A stretch of 64,000 nucleotides of DNA, from the NCBI RefSeq assembly GCF_004010195.1, contig NC_057719.1, forward strand, positions 9,857,775-9,921,774, written 5' to 3'. Position numbers and translations under genes: made by a program. Numbering within the stretch: position 1 is the first letter of the stretch; every line of letters starts with the position of its first letter. This stretch comes from Chiloscyllium plagiosum (Eukaryota). Shown here piece after piece: positions 1 to 11,784 of this stretch. Under the pieces are notes generated by a model. The model did not search any database, was not told the DNA's origin, and was given only the letters and a program-made list of their open reading frames with translations.

Positions 1-269
1 AAGGCAGCTCATCACCACCTTCTCAAGGGAAGTCGAGGATGGGCAATAAATGTTGGATGTGTCAGCAACACTCACATCAGGAGAGAAGGGCATGATCTCT
101 GGTGTGCAGGAAGCTTAGCGAGCAATAAACAGGACAGCACAAAATGAGTGAGGAACACGAATTAATGTAACGTCTTTTTGCCAAATTGCAAACAGCAAAG
201 CCCCACATAGAAGAAAGAGATAAACTGTTTCAATGCGGACTGATTTATGTCAGGATCAGTTAGGACTGT

Positions 270-612
270 ATTTGCTGAAATTTAAAAGGATGAGAGAGAA
301 TCCTTTTAAACAGGATTAGACAGGGAAAACGCAGAAAGGATGTTCCCAATGACTAGAGAGTCTAGAACAAGGGGTCACAGACTAAGGATATGGGGTTGGC
401 CATTTCGGACTGAGATGAGGAAATGTCTCTTCCCCCAGAGGCTGTTGAGCCTGTGGAATTCTCTGCCAAAGAAAGCGGTTAAGGCCAAAGCATTGAACGT
501 TTTCAAGGAGGGGTTAGATATAATTCTAAGGGCTAAAGGGATCAAAGTTGTAGTGTTTTGAGTTAAACGATCAGCCACAACCATATTGAATGATCGCTCC
601 TATGTTCTATGT
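270..612 (+). mobile_element. CR1 3' fragment
   Basis: ESRTRGHRLRI...FRTEMRK, then a ctatgttctatg tail. Confidence 0.8.
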
Positions 613-1323
613 AATGCTGGTTCAGGAATTGATTTTGTTTACAAGAGTATGAATTGAATAGCTTGCTGACTCTTGGCATTAATGTTTGGACATGACAAGT
701 CACCAGTTGATCCAGAAATAGGAATAGAGGAACAGGAGGAGGCTATTCAGCCCCTTCACTATCTAATCAGACCATGGCTGATCTGTACCATAACTCTACC
801 ACATTGCTCCCTTTGACAGTTCTGCCTAGCAAAGATTTAATTTTCAACTAATCACCAGCCCAAACAGATTTGAGAAGATAATTCGAGATTTCCATTACTG
901 TGCGTAAAGGAATACTTTCTTACAGTAACCTCCAGGTACCCAATGCTATCTTTATACAGGCATATACCCTCGGTCAACAGAAATCCAAAGTCCCTGAGAC
1001 TATTTTCCAGAAAGAAGGTTGCACCTTCAGTCAAGAAAATTGAGGGAGCTAATGGCAGTGGGGAAAAAATATGCTTTACTGACTACATAGGATTGATACT
1101 GCATGGACGGAGACTACATTCCCGCAAACATTTCCTTGTACTGTCTGGATCTCAGAGGTCTGTGCATGGCACACACAGAATTCTGAGCACAAAGCTGTGC
1201 AGGGAACATTGGATTGGGCATGGATAGGGTGGATAGTCTGAGTCTGTTTCCCAGGGTAGAGATGTCAAATACCAGCTGACAGAGGTTAAAGGTAAGGGGG
1301 GAAAGGTACAAGGGAATGGGTGA

Positions 1324-1675
1324 GGGGTGGCATGGTGGCTCAGTGGTTAGCACTGTTGCCTCATAGCATCAGTGACCTGGGTTCAATTCCAGCCTTGGGT
1401 GACTGTTGGTATGGAGTTTGCAGATTCTCCCCGTGTCTGCGTGAGTTTCAGCTGGGTGATCCAGTTTTCATTCACAGTCCAAAGATGTGCAATTCAGGTG
1501 AATTGGCGATGCTAAATTTCCCAGAACATTCAGGGATGTGTAGGTTGGGTATGTTAGTCACTGGAAATGTAGAGTAAAAGGGTAGGGGACTAGGTTTAGA
1601 TGGGATATACTTTGGAGGGTTGATGTGGACTTGTTGGGCCAAAATGGCCTGTTTCTATACTGTTTGGATTCTATG
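1324..1675 (+). mobile_element. HE1-type tRNA-derived SINE nested in a CR1 3' fragment (about 1205-1880)
   Basis: A box tggctcagtgg, B box ggttcaattcc and a CR1-like tail. CR1 sequence resumes on both sides. Confidence 0.85.
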
Positions 1676-2231
1676 GAAGTTTATTTTTTACTCAGAAGGT
1701 GGTTGGTGTCTGGAAGGTGCTGCCAGGGAGGTGGTAGAGTGGATCTGATAGCAATGTTTAAGAAGCACTGAGACACGTGAACAGGCAGAGAATGAAGTGC
1801 AGGTAGATGGTATTAGCTCAGAATGACAGCATGGTGGGCCAAAGGGCCTGTTCCTGTGCTGCACTATCCGATGTTCTATGAAAGGAGGCTATTCAGCCCA
1901 TTGTGTCTGCACTGGCTCGCTAAATCTTCTACTTTACCCCCAAACCTGTTCATTACTTCAATTTAAACAATAATCCAGTGTCTTCTTAAATACCTCAATT
2001 GTAAGTTGCCTCCACCACACACCAGACCCTAACTACTTGCATAATGAAAGGTTTTCTCCTCATGTCACAGTTGCTTCTTTTGTAAATGATCCTATACTTC
2101 GCTTTCTTGTTCTGGATCCTTTTATGTTTCTCCCTATATAACACTGGAACAATGGTCATTACTATATATTCTGTATGCCTTCAACATGTCTTATATTTCA
2201 AATGTTTTAACAATAAACTTCTTCATTTATT

Positions 2232-2765
2232 GAGTCTTAGAGATGTACAGCACAGAAACAGACCGTTCGATCCAACTTGTCCATGCTGACCAGATATCCT
2301 AAATTAATCTAGTCCCATTTGCCAGTATTTGGCCCAATTCCCTTTAACCGCTCCCTATTCATATACCCATCCAGATGCCTTTTAAATGTTGTAATTGTAC
2401 CAGCCTCCACTACTTCCTCTGGCAGCTCATTCCATACACGTACCACCTTCTGTGTGAAAAAGTTGACCCTTGGGTCCCCTTTATATCTCTCCCCTCTCAC
2501 CCTGAACCTATGCCCTCTAATTTTGGATTCTCCTACCCTGGGGAAACAACTTTGCCTATTTACCCTATCCATGCCCTTCATAATTTTATAAATCCTCTGT
2601 AAGGTCACTCCTCAGCCTCCAGCACTCCTGCAAAAATTCTATTCAGCCTCTCCCTGGAGCTCAAACCCTCCAACCCTGGCAACATCCTTGTAAACCTTTC
2701 TGCATCCTTTTAAGTTTCATAACATCCTTCCTACAGCAGGGAGATCAGAACTGCACACTGTATTC
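2232..2765 (-). mobile_element. CR1 3' fragment
   Basis: Minus ORF 2309-2608 reads YKIMKGMDRV...RGHRFRVRGERY...FFTQKVVRVWNELP. Confidence 0.88.
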
Positions 2766-3339
2766 CATTTACATGACTTTTTTTAACCAATTTGGAGAAA
2801 AATAATTCTTTCGCAGAAAATCAATTTGTAATACTGAAGTAATAATTAATTCTGAGATATATGTATATGTTTTATCTTGCTATACCGTAAAAACAATCTG
2901 TAAGAATAGTTTAATTCCCCCAACAATGCATATTACTGTCACTCTTGCCTTCTAAAACAAACTGACCTGATCTATCCTTTCTCGGTCTGAAAGGGATACC
3001 CTCACACTTCCTCCTGTTAAAATGCACCTGCCACAGCTTTGCCCATTTGCCTAAACTATCAACATTCTGTTGTAATTTTATGCTATTGTCACCGCTGTCT
3101 ACAATGCTGACCAATTTGGAATCCATTGCCGATTTTCAGAAAAACTCATCTGGTTCACTTCAGGGAAGGAAACTGCAGTCCTTTCCTGGTCTGCCCTACA
3201 TGTGACTCCAGACCCACAGCAATGTGGTTGACTCTCGACTTCCCTCTGGGCAATTAGGGATGGGCAACAAATGCTGGCCTAGCCAACAATACCTGAGGAA
3301 AGCCATAGTGGTCAGTTCTCTGGCACTGAGCCTGACACT

Positions 3340-3900
3340 GTGGCCCAGAAGGGAAGGGGGCAGAATAGAAAAGCGCTAGTGGTAGGAGACTCGATTGTTA
3401 GGAGAATTGACAGGAGATTTTGTGGTCAGGATCGGGATTCCCAGAAGGTATGTTGCCTCCCTGGTGCCAGGGTCCGGGACATCTCTGATCAGCTGTATAA
3501 GATTCTGAAAGGGGAGGGAGAACAGTCAAAAATCGTGTTACATATTGGCACCAATGATACAGCCAGGAAAAGGATCGAGGATATAAAGAGTGATTTCAGG
3601 GAGTTAGGGTGGAAGCTGCAGAGCAGGACGAACAGAGTAGTGATCTCGGGTTTACTACTGGTGCCATGAGATAACGAGATGAGGAACAGGGAGCGGGTGC
3701 AGCTTAACACGTGGCTGCGCAGCTAGTATAGGAGGGAGGGCTTCAGATACGTAGATAATTGGGATGCCTTCTGGGGAAGGTGGGACCTGTACATGAAGGA
3801 CGGGCTGCACCTGAACTGGAAAGGGACCAAATGTCCTGGGTGGAAGGTTTGCTCGAGTGGTTCAGGAGGGTTTAAACTAGTATGGCAGGGGGGTGGGAAC
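3340..3900 (+). pseudogene. CR1 ORF1 SGNH/GDSL esterase domain remnant
   Basis: ALVVGDSIVR...CCLPGARVRDI...VLHIGTND, an in-frame stop at 3667-3669, then a continuation containing DGLHLN. Confidence 0.85.
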
Positions 3901-3994
3901 CTGAGCTAGATACCAGTGGTGAGAGTTGATGGAGATGAGGCAATAACAAGAGGTAGCGCAGCCAGTGGGAAGGAATTTCCTGGGAAAGAACCAA

Positions 3995-6716
3995 GGGATC
4001 GGTTAAAGTGTGTTTGCTTTAATGCAAGGAACATCAGGAATAATAGTGATGAGCTTAGAGCATGGATCAGTACCTGGTGCTATGATGTTGTGGCCATAAC
4101 AGAAACGTGGGGTTCTCAGGGGCAGGATTGGTTGCTGGATGTTCCAGGGTTTAGAATATTTAAAAAGAATAGGGAGGGGGGAAATAAAGAGGAGGGGTGT
4201 AGCACTACTAATCAGAGAGGGTATCACAGCTACAGAAGTTACCATTGTCGAGGAGGGTCTGCCTACTGAGTCAGCATGGATGGAAATTAGGAACAGTAAG
4301 GGAGCAGTCACCTCATTAGGGGTTTACTACAGGCCNNNNNNNNNNNNNNNNNNNNNNNNNNNNNNNNNNNNNNNNNNNNNNNNNNNNNNNNNNNNGAAAA
4401 GTGTGGACGTAGTAGGGTTGTTGTAATGGGTGACTTTAACTTTCCCAATATTGATTGGAACCTCCTTCGAGCAGATGGTTTGGAAGGAGCTGTTTTTGTA
4501 AGGTGCGTTCAGGAGGGTTTCCTAACTCAGTACGTTGACAGGCCGACGAGGGGAGAGGCCATTTTGGATTTGGTGCTTGGCAATGAGCCGGGGCAGGTGT
4601 CAGATCTTGCGGTGGGAGAGCATTTGGTGATAGTGACCACAACTGCCTCACATTCTACATAGCTATAGAGAAGGAGAGAGGCAGGCACAATGAGAGGATA
4701 TTTAATTGGGGCAATGGAAACTATGATGTTATCAGACGTGTTCCATGGAAAGGGCACTATAAACATGTGGAAGTTGTTTAAGGAACAGTTGTTGCAAGTG
4801 ATGCACAAATGTGTTCCTCTGAGACAAGCAAGAAGGGGTAAGATAAAGGAACCTTGGACGACGAGAGCGGAGGAGCTTCTCGTCAAAAAAAAGGCAGCTT
4901 ACGTAAGGTGGAGGCCTTGCTCAGCTTTAGAGGATTACAGCAGGCAAGGATGGAGCTCAAAAATGGTCTGAGATCTAGGAGAGGGCACAAAAAAGGCTTG
5001 GAAGGAAGGATTAGGGAGAATCCAAAGGCATTTTACACCTATGTGAGGAATAAGAGAATGATCAAAGAAAGAGTAGGGCTGATCAGGGATAGCATAGGGA
5101 ACTTGTGTATAGAGTCTGAGGAGGTAGGGGAAACCCTAAATAAGTTTTTTGCTACTTTACTAAAGAAAAAGACTTTGTAGTGAATGAAACCATTGAGGAG
5201 CAGGTGAGCATGCTGAAATGGATAGAGATTGAGGAAGCTGATGTGCTGAAAATTTTGACAAACTTTAAGATTGACAAGTCGCCAGGACCAGACCAGATTT
5301 GTCCTCGGCTGCTTTGGAAAGCGAAAAATGTGATTGCTTTGCTGCTTGCGAAGATCTTTGCATCCTCGCTCTCTACCGGAGTCGTACCTGAGGGAGGCAA
5401 ATGTAATTCCTCTCTTCAAGAAAGGAAATAGGGAAATCCCCAGCAATTACAAACCAGTAAGTCTCACATCTGCTGTCTGCAAGATGTTAGAAAGGATTCT
5501 GAGGGATAGGATTTATGACTATCTGGAAGAGCATGGCTTGATTAAATGCAGTCAGCATGGCTTTGTGAGGGGCAGGTCATACCTCACAAATCTTATTGAG
5601 TTCTTTGAGGATGTTAGTAGACAGGTTGATGAGGGTCAAGCGGTGGATGTGGTGTATATGGACTTCAGCAAGGCATTTAATAATGTTCCCCATGGTAGGT
5701 TCGTTCAGAAGGTCAGGAGGAATGGGATACAGGGAAATTTAGCTGTCTGGATACAGAATTGGCTGGTCGACAGAAGACAGTGAGTGATAGTGGAAGGAAA
5801 GTGTTCTACCTGGAAGTCAGTGGTGAGTGGTGTTCCACAGGGCTCTGTTCTTGGGCCTCTACTTTTTGTAATTTTTATTAATGACTTGGATGAGGAGATT
5901 GAAAGATGGGTCAGCAAGTTTGCAGATGACACAAAGGTTGGAGGTGTCGTTGACAGTATAGAGGACTGTTGTAGGCTGCAGCGTGACATTGACAGGATGC
6001 AGAGATGGGCTGGGAAGTGGCAGATGGAGTTCAACCTGGATAAATGCGAAGTGATGCATTTTGGAAGGTCGAACTTGAAAGTTGAGTACAGGATTAAAGA
6101 CAGGATTCTTGGCAGTGTGGAGGAACAGAGGGATCTTGGTGTGCAGGTACATAGATCCCTTAAAATGGCCACCCAAGTGGACAGGGTTGTTAAGAAAGTA
6201 TATGGTGTTTTGGCTTTCATTAACAGGGGGATTGAGTTTAAGAGCCATGAGATCTTGTTGTAGCTCTATAAAACTTTGGTTAGACTGCACTTGGAATACT
6301 GTGTCCAGTTCTGGTCGCCCTATTGTAGGAAAGATGTGGATGCTTTGGAGAGGGTTCAGAGGAGGTTTACCAGGATGCTGCCTGGACAGGAGGGCTTATC
6401 TTATGAAGAGAGGTTGACTGAGCTTTATTCATTGGAAAAAAGGAAGAGGAGAGGGGACCTAATTGAGGTATACAAGATAATGAGAGGCATAGATAGAGTT
6501 GATAGCCAGAGACTTTTTCCCAGGGCAGAAATTGTTCACACGAGGGGTCATAGATTTAAGCTGTTTGGCGGAAAGTATAGAGGGGATGTCAGAGGCGGGT
6601 TCTTTACGCAGAGAGTTGTGGGAGCATGGAATGCATTGCTAGCAACAGTTGTGGAAGCGAGGTCATTGGGGATATTTAAGAGACTGCTGGACATGCATAT
6701 GGTCAAAGAAATTTGA
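3995..6716 (+). pseudogene. CR1 ORF2 endonuclease/reverse transcriptase with frameshifts and stops
   Basis: CVCFNARNI, YDVVAITETW, MGDFNFPNIDW, ILDLVL, KSPGPD, QHGFVRGRS, VVYMDFSKAF, GVPQGSVLGPLLF, KFADDTK and HLEYCVQFWSP are spread over several frames. Confidence 0.92.
4336..4395. other. Assembly gap (60 N) inside the CR1 endonuclease region
   Basis: Run of N. Confidence 1.
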
Positions 6717-7196
6717 GGGTTCGTACATTAGGTTTCCCTTACATGAGGATCAATGGTCGGCACAACATCGTGGGCTGAAGGGCCTGTTCTGTGCTGTACT
6801 GTTCTATGTTCTATGTTCTAATGTCGTCATCCCGTGAATGAAAAAAAACAATTTAAACCCATTGTATTTCCTTTTGGTTTTGACAGAGAGGGGCAATATT
6901 TTAATCTTTTTTTCTATCCTGCTGGAAACATGGTAGAAGTCAGAAATCATGTTAACAGGGAAGACTGATTTTGACCTCACATGATATTGCAAAGCTAAAG
7001 CAAAATCCCATTCCTCTTTCAAGCCAGTCTGCTGCACATTTATCAGAATGCAGTCAGCTCTCATCCTCTGCCAAACCTTACTGCTCTTATGACTCTTTTG
7101 TCCTCTGGGAAAGGAATATGCATTTTCAATTTTACTTTCTGTGTTCACTCTTGGTAAACTTGTCAGTCGGTTTCGATATTTCGTAATGTCTCTCAC

Positions 7197-7635
7197 CTGA
7201 TCTACCATCCCGTTGTATATCCACGTGATACCATTCCCCGTCGTTCACCTTCCTGGTTGTGGATTTGATTTTGATCGCACCGGAGCCCATATCCAGGAGC
7301 AAGAACAGGTTTCCATCCAAGAGCTCAACGGCGAAGAAGTCCACTTTGGTTTTCTTCAGGCTCCTCAGGTCTTTCCTCTCCTGTGGCTTTCCGTGAGTGA
7401 ACAGAATGAGGCCGCTGGGCTCCGAGGTGCGGAAATCAAAGGAAATCGAGCCCATCTTCTTGGTGTTCCACTTTGGCAAGCTGATGTATGCCTCCGGTGT
7501 CTCGAACGAGATGGGGTCAAGGGTGGCGACGTTCTCGCATGTGAAGACAACGTCGCCATGGATCTTCATCTTGGGATCCTTGATCCTCGCCAGGCGTGAG
7601 AGCTCCAGCCTGATGTCATTGTTTTTATAAACAAC
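7197..7635 (-). CDS. NRXN3: Internal coding exon (439 nt, phase 0 start, phase 1 end) of neurexin-3-alpha: end of LNS2 and most of LNS3
   Basis: Minus strand reads cag|GTTGTTTATAAAAAC...GGTAGATCAG|gtgaga and translates [89 protein letters not shown]...[23 protein letters not shown]...[16 protein letters not shown](G). The motifs [20 protein letters not shown] and HVDIQR match NRXN3 rather than NRXN1 or NRXN2 (recognised from memory). Confidence 0.95.
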
Positions 7636-7675
7636 CTGTCGATCACAAAAATGGACAGGGCAGAAGAAGTCAGAT
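7636..7675 (-). promoter_or_regulatory. 3' splice site with polypyrimidine tract and candidate branch point
   Basis: Minus strand reads tctgac-ttcttctgccctgtccatttttgtgatcgacag|exon. CTGAC at 7673-7669 puts the branch A about 35 nt upstream of the exon. Confidence 0.75.
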
Positions 7676-8317
7676 TTAGTTCAGTGGCAGACGTAAATGT
7701 TTTATTACCTCTGCAAGTCGGCAATAAGGCGGCAATGCCTCCTCCTTGTAGGCTTTTGTACACTTATTCTGATTACTAACGCAAACAATTTGACAGCATC
7801 AAAAGATTCAAACTGCCGTCAGATGTTAATCGAAAACTAGCTGGGGAGGGGTACACAAACACCGTAGGAGAAATCAATTCTATTCATCTCACAACACTGA
7901 AGTCCTGCTCAAGCTGGTTGGTTGATCCTTACCGTTGTTTGGTTAAGGGAAAATAAATCTGCAATGCTGAATATATTTCAGAAACTGTGTCACAGACTCT
8001 TGGTGTAGTATCAAGTTTAAGTCAGTTGTTTTACAGTTAGTTCCACTGCCCTGCTTCTTCTCCCCATATCTCTATAACTTTTCTTCTTGTTCATCTTTAT
8101 CCAGCTCCCCTACAACTGCAAGTATATCTACCGTTACGTCAGGTAGTCCATGCCACTTCCTGTCCAACCATTGCTCTCACCTTGCCTTCAGTTTGATTGC
8201 CAAGTCTACCCGTCAGCCACCAGACTCTCTGTAGTTGTTCCATCTAAACTTCTCATAAGTTTAAAATCAAATGCCCTCTGCCATCTCTGCTCAGGGAGAA
8301 GCAGCACAGCTTCTCTA

Positions 8318-8491
8318 TGGTCGAAAAGTGTGGTGCTGAAAAAGCACAGCAGTTTATACGCCTTCCTGATGAAAGACTTAAGCCCAAAATGTTGACTCTC
8401 CTGCTTTTTAGATGCTGCCTGATCTGCTGTACTTTTCTAGCACCACACTTTCCAACTCTGACTATCCAGGATCTGCAGTCCTCACTTTCTC
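8318..8491 (+). mobile_element. Penelope-derived hammerhead-bearing element (family A), degenerate
   Basis: cctgatgaaagacttaagcccaaaatgttg core with partial inverted arms. TSD cacagcttctcta (8305-8317) / cacagcttctgta (8492-8504). Confidence 0.75.
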
Positions 8492-8554
8492 CACAGCTTC
8501 TGTAGCCTACTAACTGTAACTTGAAATTTGGGAGTCAACAAGAGATTCTGGAAA

Positions 8555-9005
8555 ACATAGAGACATAGATAATAGGTGCAGGAGTACGCCATTCAACCCT
8601 TCAACCCTGCACCACCATTCAATATGATCATGGGTGAACATGCAATTTCAGTATTCCACTCCCACACTCTCTCTATACCCCTTGATCCCTTTAGCCGCAA
8701 GGGCCCACACCCAGCTCCCTCTTGAATACATCTAACAAACTAGCCTCAACAGCTTTCAGTGGGAGAGAACTACCCAGGTTCACAATTCTCAGAGTGAAGA
8801 AATTCTTCCTCATCTCAGTCCTGATTGGCTTACCCCATGACCCCTAGTTCTGGGCTTCCCCAACTTCGAGAACATTCTTCCTGCATCTAACCTGTCCATT
8901 CTATTCAGGATTTTGTATGGTTCTCTGAGATTCCCCCTTCATTCTTCTAAATTCCAGAGAGAACAAGCCCATGCTATCCAATCTTTCTTTATATGTCAGT
9001 CTTGC
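8555..9005 (-). mobile_element. CR1 3' fragment
   Basis: Reverse complement of a CR1 3' UTR and ORF2 end (ggtgcaggagtacgccattc...gtgaagaaattcttcctc). Confidence 0.8.
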
Positions 9006-9209
9006 CAAAAAAACCCTTTCACCAAACTGCAGTCACATCTTAAGTTGTATTGCTGATGAGGATTTGAGGCAATTTCCATTGTCCCATTTTAAATCACCTC
9101 AAATACTGAACCACAAATCAAGAACATTGATTTTTTGTTTCTGACATAAACTATTTTCCTAACCTCCACAAATGCATATTGCCCTGTTTTGGATTACTAG
9201 CTACAGGTT

Positions 9210-9524
9210 TTAGATTAGATTAGATTACTTACAGTGTGGAAACAGGCCCTTTGGCCCAAAAAGTCCACACCAACCCGCCCCCACCCAGATCCATTCCCCT
9301 ATGTTTACCCCTGCACCTAACACTATGGGCAATTTAGCATGGCCAATTCACCTGACCCGCACATTTTTGGACTGTGGGAGGAAACCGGAGCACCCGGAGA
9401 AAACCCACACGGACATGGGGAGAACGTGCAAACTTCACACAGTCAGTTGCCTGAGGTGGGAATTGAACCCGGGTCTCTAGTGCTGGGAGGCAGCAGTGCT
9501 AACCACTGTGCCACCGTGCCGCCC
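9210..9524 (-). mobile_element. HE1-type SINE, young
   Basis: Complete head (gggcggcacggtggcacagtggttagc on minus) and a (tctaa)n tail. Confidence 0.9.
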
Positions 9525-9674
9525 ATAAATGGGTGCTCTCCCATTTAATGGCCACAATGCACATCATTTCTATCAATAGAGTTTGCCAACTTCTGAAAGT
9601 TCCATCTTGTCTCCAGTCACCATGCCACATCTCCTGTCACCCAACACTGTTCTTCAAACAGTAGAATGATGCTC

Positions 9675-9857
9675 TACTGGATTGTAGAGCTGCTGTCTCA
9701 TTAGCAGAAGACAACTTGTGATCATTTAACTTGAGGGTCACCACACCTCAGGCAAGGGGAGAGGTTGAGAATGACAGTCCTTCATGGTAACCTTAGCCAG
9801 TGTGGGAATTGAACCCATACTGTTGGCATCACTCTGCCATCCAGCCAACTGAGCTAA
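9675..9857 (-). mobile_element. tRNA-derived SINE, third family (also at 17829-18005 and 35588-35765)
   Basis: tagctcagttggctgga A box, gggttcaattcc B box and a shared gaggttaccatgaagga body across the three copies. Confidence 0.7.
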
Positions 9858-10924
9858 AGTAGATGGCCTTCCTGTACAATCAGAAAACAACTAGGCTCTT
9901 CACTAACAATCCAATAGACCTTTTCTTTTTAACCTCCAATGTCCAACACTTTGACAAGTACTGGTAATGAATAAAGGTGTTCAAAAAAAATTCTGTTGTT
10001 TTGAAACACTATTTTTCATGTCATTATAAATTTTCTCCTGTGACCATAGAGTCCTGGAGATTAATCTTTAAGTTCTGGCGATTTCATGACAATCTGACTG
10101 AAGACTGATGACAAGCTGCGACCTACATTATGAAATCCATATTGATAAAATGTACATAAAACTCAAAAGGGACTGGCTTATCAAATTTCCTTCGCTGGCA
10201 TTAAAGGCCAAACATTCATCTGAATTAAATGAGCTCAGGGTAATAAATTACAGAAGTACTTAATTCACATGAGCTACTTGAGGGTAAATGTGATTCAGTG
10301 CTAAACAAGTTGTATTCTGATGCTCCAAATTCATGAATTTTACACTCTAACAGTGGAGTGGGTGAAATATTCATGCATCGTTGAAGGTGTCATCATTGTA
10401 CTCTGTGGCAAAGTGTACAAAGATATCTGGGGCGCTGTTATTTACTGTGTACTTGGTTTGTTTTTTGGCATTGTTCAAACTGTCAGTTCGGCAGCCTCGG
10501 GTGTCACTAATTTTCTAGTGCATGAACAAGTTCATCCCTTCTCAGTGCATGATCAACATTCCAAAACAAGAATCAGTGATTACTAAGGCAAATTCATTTG
10601 CACTGGAATATGGAATTGCACATTTTGAACTGTCGGTCCTCAGGCAGAACAATGAGATCAAAATTCATCCCCGAGCTAAAAAACTTAGAAAATCAAACAT
10701 CAAGTCGACTTTTTAACTAGCGAACAAAGGAAGTGACAAAACCACTGCTCAGAGACTCTGCTAACTCATGTGGGATCCTCTCATAGAATCACAGAATCCC
10801 TACAGTGCAGACTGAGGGCATTCAGGCAATCACGTCTGCATCAATCCTCTGAAGAGCATCCCACCCTCTACCCGTAACTCCACCTTTACCATGGACAATC
10901 CACTTCACCTGCACATCTTTGGAC

Positions 10925-11332
10925 AATAGACAATAGGTGCAGGAGTAGGCCATTCTGCCCTTTGAGTCAGCACCACCATGCATTATGATCATGGCTGATC
11001 ATCCACATTCAGTATCCTGGTCCCACCTTATCACCATAACCCTTGATTCCACTATCCTTAAGAGCTCTATGCAACTCTTTCCTGAAAGTATCCAGAGACT
11101 TGGCCTCCACAGCCTTCTGGGGCAGAGCATTCCATACACCCACCACTCTCTGGGTGAAGAAGTTTCTCCTCAACTCTGTTCTAAGTGGCCTACCCCTTAT
11201 TTTTAAACTGTGTCCTCTGGTTCGGGAGTCACCTATCAGCAGAAACATGCTTCCTGCCTCCAGCCTCCAGGGTGTCCAATTCTTTAATAATCTTATACGT
11301 CTCAACTAGATCCCCTCTCAGCCTTCTAAACT
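10925..11332 (-). mobile_element. CR1 3' fragment inserted in an HE1 SINE (10785-11462)
   Basis: Minus ORF SRTRGHSLKIRGRPLRTELRRNFFTQRVV. HE1 tail lies to the left and HE1 head to the right. Confidence 0.8.
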
Positions 11333-11784
11333 GGACCGTGGGAGAAAAACCATAACACCTGAAGAAAACCCACAGAGGAACATGCAAACAGTCACCCAAA
11401 GCTGGTATTGAACCTAGGAACCTGGCACTGTAAGGTAGCAGTGCTAACCACTGAGCCACCATGATATCATCGACAGATCCTAGGTCTCTAAACTGCTGTT
11501 GTACAACCTCTCAGAATGAGATTGGGATTTTCTAGTTTTTGTTTGGAATGGGCACTGTAACCCATATAACCACCATAAACGTGAAGGCTGACGGGATCTT
11601 GTGCCTATCGGGCATTTGAGTGATCACTTGTTGGGTTTTTCAGCATGCCACATCCTGCAATGTTCCACCCCCTGCCTAAAGTCATTGGCCAATCAGGGGC
11701 TGGAAGCCACTGCGAGCCACTTTGGAGCCTGAGGCTGCTGACAATGCAATTCATTTCAATAAAGGTCACCTCTCGTTCTTCTAA

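Larger units (their letters stand above)
3291..6820 (+). mobile_element. 5'-truncated, near full-length CR1 LINE (ORF1 esterase + ORF2 APE/RT), inactivated
   Basis: ORF1 and ORF2 motifs lie in order and the element ends in a (gttctat)n tail at 6801-6820. It splits an older repeat tail (...ctagccaacaat | gtcgtcatcccgtgaatg). Confidence 0.93.

Noticed and set aside
1324..1400. tRNA genes at A/B-box sites
   Set aside because: They are SINE heads followed by SINE bodies, with no full cloverleaf or terminator.
7132..7569. 145-aa ORF as a complete gene
   Set aside because: It is an internal exon. The true limits are the splice sites at 7635 and 7197, and the ERHYEIS... tail is intron read-through.
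7774..7780. Perfect TACTAAC branch-point motif near the exon
   Set aside because: It is on the plus strand, antisense to NRXN3.
9339..9548. Recurrent HIFGLWEETGAPG / MVAQWLALLPHS peptides as a gene family
   Set aside because: These are translations of HE1 SINE copies on either strand.
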